Shown one piece after another: positions 11,700-25,789 of a DNA stretch of 64,000 bases (positions within the stretch are counted from its first letter, which is position 1; each line of letters starts with the position of its first letter). The position numbers were made by a program, and so were the translations under genes. The DNA lies in NCBI GenBank assembly GCA_016748015.1, contig JAAOMT010000657.1, positions 372,001 through 436,000 of the forward strand, written 5' to 3'. This stretch comes from Geosiphon pyriformis uo1 (Eukaryota; Fungi; Glomeromycota). The notes under the pieces were generated by a model. The model was not told where the DNA came from, made no database searches, and saw only the letters and a program-made list of their open reading frames with translations.

Positions 11700-14600
11700 G
11701 ATAAATTACAAATTCTAATAGAAATACTAAAAAAAATAAAATCATCTACTTAAAAAAAACCAAAAATTATTTTACTCATTCACCTATTATACTATTATAT
11801 ATCAAGAAATACTATATATATATCATTTAAATTTATATTAATGTCAATGACAAAAATACTATTATCCAGAGTATTATTTCAAAATAATTAAGAAAAAGCC
11901 AAATTATTAAAAACTTATGACAATTTTCTTCGAAAAAGTTAAATTATAACTAACAGCACTATTAAAACTTTGATTACTGCCATTTTAACCAAATTTTAAA
12001 TCTACTAGTTATTGAAAAGATATTAAATCAAAAGAAAAAAAAGAAAAAGAAAACAGAGATCAAAGAAATAATAATCAAAACCTGATTTTAATTAACTTAA
12101 AAATTATAATTTCAATTGTTTAAACCTAACCAAACTTAAACAATCCAAATTTCACTTTTATTTTTCAACAAAACTTATCTTCAATTATTATAATCAATCC
12201 ACCAGTTGTACTAATTGTCACACAATAATAACAACCTTAACAACAACCTTAGCAACAATCATAATAACTCATACTAATAGCATATATACTTATTACCAAA
12301 TTTGAAAAATTTACCAGTAAAGAAAACAATGCCCAAGCATAATTAAATAATATGGAAAAAGCCATTACAACCAACAAATAGAATAACATCAGAGCAATTC
12401 AAGCCATCTCATACTTTTTCCAAAACACTACTAATTTATGGTATTAGAATCTTATAAACAAATTTTAAAATTTTGACATATTTAAAACTGTGTTTTTATA
12501 ATATTTTAGCAATAATAATAGTATAAATTGCTTGTTAACTAATTTTGTTACAATCAAACAAGATGATACTGAAGCAGTTATTATTTATTTAGAATGCTTT
12601 TACAGGAATTTGTGCCAAATCCAAGCAATTAATGCTGACTACTTTATAGTACTGCAAATTCTAAATCAATTTATTTACAAATTATATAGCAATTTATTAC
12701 AATAAATATGCTCAATACATTTAAATACTCTCTAAGACACAATTATACATACCAGAAATTTTGAATTGGCCAAACTCAAAGCCAATTATGTTCAAGCCAT
12801 AAATCTAGTAATAAATAAATTATTTGAATTAGATATCAAATTCAAACAATTTGGCAAAGCCATCAATTAGAAAATTAAGGGATACTTAGTTAACAATCAG
12901 ACAATTTATTAATCTTCTTAATGTTATAATAATTTAGGAAACTTCAATTGTTTCCAAAATTAATTATGTTTGTTATTATCATTAGCCAATCAACTATAGC
13001 AACAAAAAATGCATAATTGTCACCATTGTAGTAAACAAGACTATTTAAAAGCAGATTGTTACTTCAGATTTAATAATCAATGATCAGAAAATCAATATTG
13101 AAACCCCAATTACAGGTTTTAAATCCAAAACTATGCCAACAATTTGTTATTAGAATTATACTAATATTAGCCACAACCATATTACTCTCAAATGATGTAA
13201 TAACTAATATATTTATCTTTAATAGATTAGACTTTAACACTAATAATATATCAGTTATAACCATAAATAATTTATTAATCCCAACAAATTCAAGTGCCAT
13301 TACAAAATACTGTGCTAATACCAACTAGAAACCAAAAGCTGAGAATTACATATACTTAACAGAACTAACAATTGGTAATGATTATACACCAACCAATTTC
13401 CAATTCCTCAAATTAGTCATTAAAATTATGCTAGCAGAGTTTAAAAAATGGATATATCCAAACCCAAATTTCCAGAACTATTTAAGTCTCTTGGTTACTT
13501 CAGAAAACAATTCATCTAACAATTTAGAAACCAATCTAATACCACTCATCAACAATATTTTATTAATAATAATTATTGAAAACAAGTCATTTGCAGCCAT
13601 TTTTTCTTTTAAATTAAAAGAATCAGCAATAATATTTCTATTTAATAGAGTCATTTTTAATACCAAACCAATTACTATCATGTATATTAATACTAAAGTT
13701 AATAGTCAATCTATCAAGTTAATTCTTAATAGTAAATTAACAAGCAATATTATTACATAACAACTTATAGACCAATTAAGTTACTAAATTGATCACACTA
13801 TCAGTGCCAGAATTATTATAGTCAATAAAACAACCAAGATTCTAATTGGCAAAATTAATAACTTTTTTTTTGAAGTCAATGGCATCATTATATTGATCAA
13901 AGTTCTCATAATAGAAGCCATACAATACTAAGCTTTTATTAATAATAACTGGCTGTTCAAAACTAATGCTATGCTTAACTGGATCACACAAGAGCTATAA
14001 TTTAGTCAAAATAATCAGTGTACTTAAATACTAGCTATTTATAACCACTTTAAAACAAACCTATCTCAACTACTAATAAAATTTGAAAAAGAAACAAACA
14101 AATCTATTTAAAAAGTTTATCAAGTCTTATAAACTAAAGATGAACACAATAAACTGTTACTAATACTCTTTTAGGACAACAAAAAAAAAGAAAAAAAGAA
14201 AACAAATTACAAACTACCACTTCCATAAAAGAAACAAATAACAGTTGACACATTCCATACTTATTGAAACCAAAAAAAAAACTATCTTACTACTAAGATC
14301 TAACACTTATTTAAAAAAAACAAAAGCAATATTTAGAATAATTAAACACTAGATTTTGTAAATATTGCCTAATTTTTAATAACTTTAAATATTGTGATAA
14401 TTGTGATCTTATTTACAATCTGTCACCACACATGATTTATTCAATTTTCAAAGAAAAAAAACCAATTAGCAGCTGTATTTCAGAATCAAAATTAAAATTT
14501 AATCCCAATTCAGACTTTGATGATAAAAACAACAACAGTTTCAATTATATTCACAATAATAATAATAATAATAAGAGTATTATGCCAGAATGCATATATA

Positions 14601-16460
14601 ATACTGATACAGAATTTAATCTCAAATATCTGAAAAAAATTGCTATCAGATTAGAACCATATTTACATACCAATATAAATTTAGGAAATTTAGGAGATTT
14701 TGACAAAGCTTAATATTAAAAAGAAGAAATAATATTACTTATAGAAATTAGGAATTATAATAATAAGTAAAATAACCAATTAAAAATAGGCATAATAAAA
14801 AGAGAAATTTTAAGATTTCTTTTAGGAAATTGCAGAATTTTAAAATTTCAAAAAATTTTGTATAACATAAATTATGTATATATAGCAAGAGTAATAAAAG
14901 CAGAAAAAGTAGTTAAATTAATTCAATAGAGTTCAGAACAACAATACTTCTCTCTTTAAAAAATAGTTTTTTATAACTTAAAATAGAATTACATCAATAT
15001 TAATAAAATATCTAATTATTATACAATTCATGTTATTATTACTTAATTAAAAAAATATTAATTTATTCTATATTATTAACACTCTATGTTGATAAAAGCC
15101 AATACTTAACTACATTAAACCAATAGCTCTTGATCATAACTATTAACAGAATATTAATTTCTTAATTTCTTTTTTTATTTTTTTTTATTTTTGTTTGTTT
15201 TATTTTTTTGTTATTTACTAAATTAATTAAAAAAAATTAAGTATTAAATATTTGATGTCAAAATAGTCTGGTAAAAAACTCAAAAACAAGAGTAGAAATT
15301 TAAAAATAGTTTTACAATAAGAATATAACTATTAGAATAAACTGGCCATCACACTAAAAAAAAATTCACAGAAAAAACCATCAACTAAATTTCTGTCTAT
15401 TATACAAAAAACTTAACCAAAACCTTTAAACTCCGAAATCTTTAGAAATTACCAACATTTCCAGTTATTAAGAACTAAGTTACAAATTTGTTATTTGTCT
15501 TAACACCCCAAATAATTATTTGTAATAATGTCAAAAAATTGGTTTCTAATCAAAAAACATTGATTACAATACCAATTAAAACAATAATTTCTTTATTACA
15601 ACAAAATTTATTAACAAAATCATAGAAATCCAATCAACTTATTCAGATTAATACAAAAAAATAAAAAAAAAACAATTTTATACAACATATATACAAATTT
15701 ATCTTTGACATACTTAGGAAAAAATAGTACAATTCAAAAAACATTAAAACATTATTTTTGGCTTTATATGTAAAAAAACATTTAATAATATATAAAATCA
15801 TATAACTATTATCAAAGAAAAAAAACTTGTTCAATTGAATCTTTAAATTCAATCAAAATTAAACAACTTTTTAACAAAATAGAAATTAATTTAGTCAAAC
15901 TACTACTTATTATTACTTAAAAAAATTATTATATTGCAGTTATAATAGATTATCTTACCAAATGGTCTAAAGCCAGAACTATTCAAAAAGCAAATACAAA
16001 ATTGGTAACAAATTTTATTTACAAAAATATTATTTGTAAATACAGATGTTTAATTAAAACTTTTATTTAATTAAAAAACATATTTTGAGAACAATTTAAT
16101 ACAAAAAATTTGTGAACAATTCAATATCAAAAAATCTTTGTTCTTATCTTATTATTCTTAAGCAAATAGATTTGTAGAATATTTTAATAAACACTATGTA
16201 AATTATTAGCTAAAATTTTAATAAATTTTAAGCAAAAATAGGATATTTTTATTTCATTAATATTATTAGCTTATAGAATACTAAAACAAAATATTAAAAA
16301 ACACATACTATTTAACTTTACTTATAAAAAGACAGCAATATTATCAATTAATTTTATAGTAAAAACATATTCAATACAACTAATTACAGAAAAAAACTTT
16401 CAAGAAATATTTCAACAAAAAGCTTATACTTTTCTTAGCACACTAAAAAAAAACAATAGA
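11700..16460 (+). mobile_element. heavily eroded second Ty3/Gypsy family relic (gag, protease, Cys-rich piece, dUTPase start, integrase)
   Basis: Gag EKFTSKENNAQA..AIQAISYF (~12300-12430); protease MYINTKVNSQSIKLILNS (~13680); dUTPase motif NTDTEFNLKY (~14600); integrase DYLTKWSKAR (~15950); boundaries approximate. Confidence 0.8.
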
Positions 16461-16469
16461 TTGCAACTA

Positions 16470-19400
16470 TCTATATTAAACAAAAAATTGTTATATGTAA
16501 TATTAAAGATATAAATAATTCTATTAAGCAAGAAAATATTATTTATTAGCATTAAAAAATAAACAATTTTATTTCTATTGTTACTGAAACAAAATTAAAG
16601 AAAAAAATTTGTTCATGGTGTTACCGGAGGTTTTTGGTCTCTTTTCTTAAATATTGGTAATGTTAATTTGCTGTGAATTCACGTTTTCAGGAAGTAGTTG
16701 AACCTCCAATAACTGAATTTATCTTCAAATTATTTCCTATAATTTGAACTGCTGGGCTTATAAGTGGAATGGCCAATTCCTTGCCAGTTACTTTATGTAG
16801 TTACGTTGTAGTAAACGTCAACTCTTTCCCAGGAATTGCTTGTCTGGAAGCTCACTAAAAATGTGTAGTTACTTTGCTGTAAAAGTCAACTCTTCTACAG
16901 GAATTTTGTCTGTAAGCTACCCTAATGATTGTAATAAGAAAAGAAAAGAAAAATAAAAGAAATGTAAAAGAAATAGAATTTTGTCAAGAGGAACGTTTTC
17001 TATCCAGGTCTGGAGTCACTAACAGTTTACTGAAATTGGTAGCTAATCAATTTCGAAATGTTAGTTGGTTTTTTTTTTTGGGAATTTTCCAAGGGCAATA
17101 ATTAAAGAATTTGGTTTTTCAAATTATTTGGTATTTATTTCTTTTTGTGTGTATAGAAATGGTTCTAAATAATAAATCTAAAGTAAGATACATTTTTCAG
17201 AAGAGAAAAGCTCTTCTTTTATACAACTTGTTGTAGTACTAGTTTATGAACTTGCACTTTTTTCTCTTTGCCCAAATTCCGGCAAACTAAAGATACATTT
17301 TGATGAACTACAAGTTATTTCGCTGAACTATTGATTAATTTGGGTGAACTATTCATAATTTCGGCGAATTTCTGTAAATTTCGGCGAATTTTTGAATGTT
17401 ACAGAGTTCAGGGTATTGTGTAATTTGATCATCTTACTTTCTGTTATACTAATTAGATTATTTTAATTGAATCGTGATATGTGATAATTGATTAAATAAT
17501 AACTGATAATTTGAAATGATATTAATATACTAATGAATTATAGGAATTATGAGGGTAATTTCATGCTAATTTAATAGCTAAAATTCTACTGGTAACAATG
17601 GATTGTTAACAAGTTTAAAAGTGTTTAAGTATTCATCTTTGGTTTAAAACATAATTATTTGAATTCTGGTATTGTAATTATTATAAATATTGATTTGATA
17701 AAACATATGTGCAAGATTTTAGAGATTACTAATAGGCTTTTGTCTATAAAGCTGCTTTTTAAAAATAAACTTTCTGTTTTAATTTTGGAACTATATGCTA
17801 ATAATATTCTGATAATACATTTGGCTTAAACAAAAAAGATCAATTTACTAATTACAAAGGCTGTAAACAAAACTTTATTTGTAATTTTGGGTGGTAATTT
17901 TAATAAAAATAATTCTTGCAAATGTGCTAGCTTTAAAAAATGCCTTGATCTGGGGCTGGTTAATTTTTTGGCAGAAAGCTCAATTGCAAAAATCTTGACA
18001 TGAAATAATTCTAAAAGTGTTAAAAAAACAATTAATTTTATTTTTGTTTTCTTAAATTTAATTAATATGGTAATAAATCATAATGTTCTAAATATTGAAA
18101 AGCACTTTGACACTGATTATCAAATGGTCTTTATTTCTGTAAGTTTGAGTGATCTGCTAGATGTATATTTAAACTTTTTTTATAAGCAAACAAATAAAAA
18201 CCATTAGAAGTTTGATTTTAAAAGTGCCAATAATATTAAATAAAACAAATTTAAGAATGTTATAATGTTTAATGCTGTTATGTTTTCTAATAAGTTTTTT
18301 GCATCTAAAATTTTTCAAATATAGATAATATATAAAATGTTATTTATAAAGTTATAAGTTTATTAGCCAATAAGATGTTCAAAAAAAAATAGTTCAAAAA
18401 TTTTAATGGTTTTCATTAAAAAATTTTCTAGGTTTTATAAATTGGAATTATTAGTATTAAAAATTGTCAAATTTTTACATAATAAAACCAGTAATGAGTT
18501 TGTTTTTTTAGTAAGCCATTGGATGTTTTTGAACAGTAATAAAGCTTTAAATATTCAAATTTTATTAAACTTTGATGCTGATTTTAATTGTATAAGATTT
18601 TTTTTTTAATATTAGAAAATTATATCATATTTTTAAACTTGTTAAATCATTAAAAACTAAAGAGTTACATATCAGATCTGTTATTAACAAATAAATAGAA
18701 AGCTTTGCTATTAATAAAAATTACATAATTAGGAGTATATAGAAGTATTTTTTTCAAAAAGTAGTATTAGATTATTTAATTATTAATAATAAATTGGTTT
18801 TAAATTTTGGTAAGATTAAATTTAAGATTAATATGATTATAAAAGATTAGACAAAAAAGAAATTAGTATTAAACAGTATTTTAATCTGTAATATTATTAA
18901 TATATACTATTGGTTTATATTAATAATATTGTTTTTTTCAATGTTATAAGTGTTATTAATTATAATAATATGATATATGTGGTCAAAAATCTGCTTAACA
19001 AAAAAGTTATTGGTTTGTTTAATATCACAAATAAGCTTTAAAAACACTGTGATAATTTTATTTTTATTATGTTCTTGGATTTTTTAAACTTTTGGTTAAT
19101 ATATAAGTCTGTACTTTAATCTTAAAAAGAAGTTTAAGTGTCAATAATTCTTAAACTTTATGAGTAAAAAAATGTTTTGACTAATATCAGACCAATTGTC
19201 TTAATTAAAACTACATAAAAAATTCTTTTTAAAATACTTTCTAATAGAATTTTTTTGGCCTGTAGTAGATTCAATGTTTTTTGTAGTAACAATTTTTTTG
19301 TATTAAAAAGTATTACTACTTAGTCTCTTATCTTTGCAGTAGACTTAATAATTAAAAATGCTTTAAAAAAGAGCTGTAAATTTTAATTGGTCTTATAGAA

Positions 19401-22160
19401 TATATAAAAAACTTATGACTCTATTAGTTGGTTTTATTTATGAAATAGTTTAGTTTGGATTAAAATATGTGAGCAATTCATCAAGTTCTTTGGTAATATT
19501 TACAATGATAAGATTAATTAGGTTATGACTAATTATAAGCTAATTAATAAATACTAAGTACATAATAGTCTGGATCAAAATAATATTTTTTTTCTTTTGC
19601 TTTGGAGGATTTTCTATGATCTTTTCTTATACAAAATTAAAAGACATAAAAACTTGTATGATTATTATGTTAACACTAAGTTTGTAGCCAAAACTGACAA
19701 AATAGAAAATCAGAATAAATTGACTTTATATCTGATAGCTAGTGCTTTTATTAACAATACAATTTGGGTAAAAAGTAGTCGGACTGCTACTTAATATATT
19801 TTGAACATTGCAAGTAAGTTTTTTGACATTAATAACATTACAATTAACAATGAAAAAACAATGACCATTCTTATTAACCAAAGAATTAGGGATGTCTTAT
19901 TGTTAATAAGTAGTCTGCCAATATTTATTGCATAAAAAAAAAAGTTTTACAGATATCTTGATATTTTTTTATTTAGTCTTAGCTATATTACAATTTATTA
20001 TTAGTTACAGAATCTAATTTAGTTTTATCTCTAGAAATATATATAACAAATGAAATATGTGAATAAGAAAAATTTAAAAATAAAAGCTGGCTTGCCAAAA
20101 AAATTTTTTAACAAAGCTCTTCATCATCCATTTTTGTATGGCTTAAAATCATTTGAACAAGTATAAGCAAAGAGTAAATTGGCTTTTGTGCTAGGTTTTT
20201 CAAATTCTGGTGAAATTTTCAGTTATTTGTTTGATCATAAATTATTAGATTTGCAAATTTTGAGTTGGTTTTTTATTTATTTTTTACAAAAACCTATAAA
20301 GTTAAAGATCAGTTTGGTTAATAATTTTTTGGCTAGTGTGATAAAAAATTTTTTGGATTATAATATTTCTCTTAACAATAATCTTTCTTTTGTATTTTAT
20401 TTTTTTGATGGTATTTTTATGTCTTCTATTTTGGGGAATATGATGTTTTATAATGTTTTTTACTTACTTAAAAGGTTTTATATTGTCTTTGTTAAACAAT
20501 TGTATAATAAAAAAGAGTTAGTTTTTGATTAAAAAAGTTTTTGTTATTGAAAAAAACTTGATTCTAGGAACCTGGTTTCTGTTTAGTTCAAGTTAGCATA
20601 TAATTATTTGGTTGATCTTATTTTGTATCTTGTTGTTTAGCTACTTATTAACAGTCTTCAATTTTTAGATGTTTGTAATATTAATGACTTTTTTAAAGTA
20701 CAGCAATGTCTCTTTAATGCTGATTTAAATATTATTAATGTTTACACAAATAGATTTTTAAAAAACTTGGATATATATAAGATAAGATATAATACAGCTG
20801 TATTTTTTGCCAATCTGAATTTTAGAATTAATATCGAATTTGGTGGTTTGATGTTTTTTACAATAGTAGAATTACAGGCAATTGCTTTAGTTTTAGAGTA
20901 TGTTCTAGCTTTCAGTAATATTATAGTGTATTCAGATAGTCAAGTTGTTTTAAATACTTGTGTTGCAAAATTGAATATGGTTTTACCAAATTTTTGCAAT
21001 TATTATTAACTTAAAAAATATTGTATTATGAACTTTATTAAATATAAAAAGCTTAATGTTTTCTAAACCAAAGTTAAAAGCCATTTAAATATCTTGAATA
21101 ATAAACATCCTAACATGCTAATTAACTTAACATTGTGTTTGAATTTGTTACTTTCTGTTTTTGTTAAAAAAAATACATTAGAACTGATAGAATAATGGTG
21201 TTTGAAAATGTTTGTTATTTTACTTGTAATGTTTTTAGGACTGTTTATTGCATTTATTGAGAAGTTGGGCTTGGTTTTAATATTATTAGTAAAAATATAA
21301 TTAAAGATGTAAATTGAGTTTGGATTTTATTAGTTTGGTATCTCAACTTGCATATAATATTTGGTTTTATAAGTAAAATTACTACTGGTTTGCAGTCATA
21401 TTTTATGAAAACTTTGTATTGTTATTTGCTAGTTGCTATTTATAAATATTTATATAACAGAAAATATTTTAGTATGTTGTATTTATATTGTGAAAAAATA
21501 GAATTTTCTGATTATTTTTTTATGTGCATAATAAATTTTGGTGTTTACAAAAAACTTTTTAGTTCACTTTTAGTTTAATAGAATTCTGTATTAGATTTGA
21601 GCTTATTGTTGTTTTATATTTTATAATTACTTTTCTTATGTGCTTTTAACAATACTATATATACTGTATTATATAAAAGTTGTGTATTTAGAAAATAGTA
21701 TTTGAAGACTATTTTTGTTTTTAGATATATTAAGACTGCTAGCAAAAAAGTCATTAATTTGGTGCAAGATTTAGAAATAGCTCATTGGACTAAAATATAA
21801 TTAGTAAGAACTAAATACAAAGTGTTTATATAAAAAAAAAGTTTGATTTTATATACTAATTCTGTGTCTTTAGAAATATACAGTCTTTATGTTTACTTTC
21901 TGATAATATTGTTAAGTTGCTTAAGATTACAGAAGTATATGATATTAATTTTGGTTTTTGTAAGCTCTGCAGTTTTTTTTTTGGTATTAATTATGTGGTT
22001 TCTGTTAAGATAAATTTATAATGTTGCTTTAATTGGCTTAAGTGACTGGTTATATATAAAAAATACATAATTTTTACTTAGTTTAGATTACTTAGTTTAA
22101 TATATTGTGCTAAATGGCATTTGGATCTTATTTGTAAAATTAAAAATTAAAAAAAATAAA
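16470..22160 (+). mobile_element. LINE relic B (ORF2: APE, RT, RNase H, C-terminal Cys motif, 3' UTR), interrupted by a solo LTR
   Basis: APE ISIVTETKLK..KICSWIVNKF, RT region RPIVLIKT and ASAFINNTIWV, RNase H ELQAIALVLE..YSDSQ, A-rich tail ~22140-22160. Confidence 0.85.
16619..17597 (-). repeat. solo LTR with 4-bp TSD ATGG
   Basis: Ends TGTTACCGGA/CTGGTAACA; ATGG at 16615-16618 and 17598-17601; removing it restores LINE codons KICSWIVNKF. Confidence 0.95.
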
Positions 22161-22734
22161 GCTTATTTTCTTAATTAACAGTTTTTTATTTTTTAATATT
22201 AAAATTAATATATTTATTATTATAAATATTATTTATTTTATTTTTTTAAAATACAAGCTTTTTTAAAAATATTATAAAGTCAATTTTAATTATTTTTTTT
22301 AATAAATTTTTATAATAATAAGATATTAATACTAAGTTTTTTAATTTTTTTATTTGAATTTACTAATTTTATGTTTAATAGTTTTTTTATATTAAAATAA
22401 GCTTTTTTACTATTTTTTCTCAATTATATTTTTAATAAAAATGTTTATTAAGTATAAATTTACAAACAAAAATAACTTAAAAAAAAAATTCAAAAAAATA
22501 TTAAATAAAGAAAAAATATTAAGTTGTTTTTTTAATACTTTTTGTTCTTTTTGTGGTTTAAAAATTAATAAAAAAAGTATATTTTAATTAATAAATGTGT
22601 TTTTGTTATTATTATTCAAAATTAAAAAAAAATTATTATTTGTAGCCAATAATATAAAATTATTAAAAATATTAAAAAAAATTTAAGTTTTATCTTTAGA
22701 AAATATTAATTAAATTTTAATAAAACAAAAATTT

Positions 22735-23197
22735 TTTCGTAAGACTGTTTTCATCTTCCGTAATCCCAAGGTTGCTTGCCGAGAGGTTATTAAATTTGTG
22801 TACTCTCTTAGTCTTGCTTTTAGGGATGATATCTGGTTGGTTTGTGCTAAACATTAAGCATATATGGAAAAGAATGGCTTGATTCTCTTTGATGGTTCAG
22901 CTCTCATATCAGTCTTAGGTTTGGTCTCGGAGTTTTTTGCTGGTATGGTTAAAATGCTTAGCATAGTTGAGGCTTTTGGCATACGTTTTGGATTTCGCAA
23001 ATCTTGTTTGTTTTTTTCTGAAGTAGGTGATTCGGTTTCAGTTCATATAGTTGCATAATGTTGTTTTAATCAGCCCGAGTGGCTGGTCATGTGTAGAAAA
23101 AACATGATTCATATCTAGTATAAATCATTTCTTTAATGTATAGAATTAGGCAGTGTTTGAACTTCATTCGTCAAATACTAAAAAAAAAAAAAAAAAA
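22735..23197 (+). mobile_element. 5'-truncated LINE copy C (ORF2 C-terminus, 3' UTR, poly-A)
   Basis: Less-eroded ORF2 end (MEKNGLILFDGS...GDSVSVHIVA*), 3' UTR homologous to relics B and E, poly-A ending at ~23197; no convincing TSD. Confidence 0.85.
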
Positions 23198-24176
23198 TTG
23201 CTTTTTTGTTGTTTTGGCTTTTTGATTATTTGAGTAATAATTAAAGAAAAAACAATAGTTTAACTATCAATTTGTTGTTAAAAACTTTAAAAGTTATAAT
23301 ACATTAAAACTAATTTGAATTTATTGTTTTAAAAAAAATCTTAACTAAAAAAAAGCTTTTACTCAAAACCAATAAAGTGTTTTATAATACTTTATTTAAT
23401 TGTTTTTAAAACTGAGAAAATTTTTTATGTAATAAAAACCAAACAAAATAGTTGTTTTATTTTTTACTTTTATTAAATTGTGATAATAAAAATTAAAAAT
23501 TATTTTAACATATAAATTATTTTTTTGTTAGCAATGTTTTATTTTGTTTTAGTTAAAATTTTCTTAAAATGTAATATTATACATAAATATAAACAATACA
23601 AATTTAAAATTTTATATTAATTATAATTTAATTAATACATTTATTTAAAACAAATTAAACAATATTAATAAAAATCAAAGTTAAATTATTTTAAAAAATT
23701 ACAGTTTATTAAGTTAAAGATTAATTTTTACTTATTAAAAATAATTTACATGCTTACGGTGTAGCCCAACCACAAAATATCCTCGTACAAACTAATTTCC
23801 GTACATTAGACGTGAATCGCGCACAAAATAATTTATTACTTGTCAATATTCAAAATATTTGTTTTGTTTCGAATTTTTTAACTTTAAATAAATTAAAAAC
23901 TTTAGTTAATTTTAATTTTATTAAAATAAATATTTCTAAAATTTATGAAAAGTTATTATTTAAAAACAAATACAAACTTATTTTTAATATAATATTTATT
24001 TTGATTACAAATGCATATGCCAGATTTCTTGTCTGCTTGTATTATGTAAGGTAAGCTTTTTGTGGTGAACAATGTATATCGATAGCCTTCTTGGGCAAAG
24101 ATCAACCTGAAATTAATTATTTTTAAAGTCTCGGTTGTTTTACTAATACGGTGCAAAAATACTAATTCTCACCAGA

Positions 24177-25360
24177 ATGGGGGTTCTTCGCGAAGATCTA
24201 ATTAATAGTGCTGTTAAATTTCTCAAAGATGCCAATATACAAAAACACTCTCTTCAGTCAAAGCTTTCTTTTTTAGAGTCTAAAGGGATGACTTCAGAGG
24301 AAATTGAGGAAGCTCTGAGGCAAGCAAAAGGCAGTCCGCCGTCTAAAGTAACTACAATGATATCTCCTCAACCCACCACCCAACTCATGGTCCCTACTGG
24401 TCAAGCCATGTATCCATCACCACCCCCAGTTACAAGAATGGATTGGCGAGATTATTTTATCGCTGCTATCTTTGTTGGTGGCCTTGGATACGCTATTGTC
24501 ACGGTTGCAAAGGTTAAGTATAATTAACACTGGAACTCAATAATTTCATTCCATGCCTGTTTTTTAAATCTTTATATTCTACGACTATTTTTCTGATATC
24601 AAAATTCATCAGCGTTATCTTGGACCATTACTACGAACGCCCACTGCAAAGGAGCTCGAAAATGATAAAAAGGCACTTGGGGATCAATTTACAACAACAT
24701 CCGAGCGACTTGATCTTGTAAAAGCTGATTCCGATTTTGTTAGGAAACATATAGAAGAGTTAGCTACTCATACCAGAGAATCATTAGTTTCTCTGGATAA
24801 TGTTCTTAAAGAACTGAAACAACAAGAAAGCAAAAGAGATACTGATATTGAAGCATTGAGGAAAGAAGTGGATCATATTAAATCATCAATACCCGAGGTG
24901 AGCTTTGCACTTTGTCTTTCAAATGTGTTTTAAAATGATTAACTTAATGTATATTAACAAAATTTGATTTTACTAGTTTTTAAACAACTCTAAAGAATCT
25001 TATACAAAAGCACTTTTTGACTTACAAAATGAGTTGAAATCGCTGAAATCTCTCCTCCTTAATCGACAGTCAAGCAATTTGGTAGCCAAACCGTCGATTG
25101 GTGAAATATACTCTCCCATCGCCGACTCTCCGATCACAAACACCCCATCATCCTCTTTTTCAGCCTCTCTTCCTAGTATCTTAGCTAACAACCAACCCTC
25201 TATTCCGTCTTGGCAATTGCCTCAGAATAACAGTACACTAACCTCGGCAAAGATTCCAATGGAGCCAAAAACTGCACCCCCTAATGATCAAAATACCTCC
25301 ACACCTATTATTGCAACTAACGGGGATCAAGCCACAGATCCTGTCCAAGATGGATTATAA
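24177..25360 (+). CDS. PEX14: peroxisomal membrane anchor protein Pex14; exons 24177-24512, 24613-24897, 24977-25360 (~334 aa)
   Basis: Pex14_N motif REDLINSAVKFL..KLSFLESKGMTSEEIEEAL, DWRDYFI plus transmembrane segment, coiled coil ELKSLKSLLL, SIPSWQL; GT-AG introns keep frame; probable 5' UTR intron ending at 24175. Confidence 0.95.
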
Positions 25361-25789
25361 CTTGGGCATTTTTCCCTTGATCTTTTATTCCTGATGATGC
25401 AATCATCTTAACAATTTGGCGAGTTTCTTTTGAATTGATTCTATTGAAAGATGTTTAATTTCATCCACATTTATAAATAGATGAATCAATATATAGATGT
25501 TTTTTTCCAATATTGTAATAAAATGAATATATTAAAAAAAAATAAACATTGTGGGGTTTTAGAAACTTTAAAGTTCTTAATCATTTTTGATATTATCCAT
25601 AAGAAAAAAAAATCTACTTTAAACATTTTGAGCATATTGTTTTAATACAACTTCATTTTTTTACATAATAGTTTTTATTTATGTTTTTGTAATTAAAATG
25701 GAATTTTAATAAATTGTAATTAATATAATGTTTAATTAGCACATAATTATAATTTTAAATTATGGTTTATTTAGAAAATTGCTACATGC

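Noticed and set aside
14674-14993. Possible ~320-bp solo LTR of another family (TATAAAT...AATTACA; flanks CCAA/TCAA)
   Set aside because: The left end can equally be read as eroded dUTPase coding sequence and dUTPase does not clearly resume afterwards; too degenerate to support
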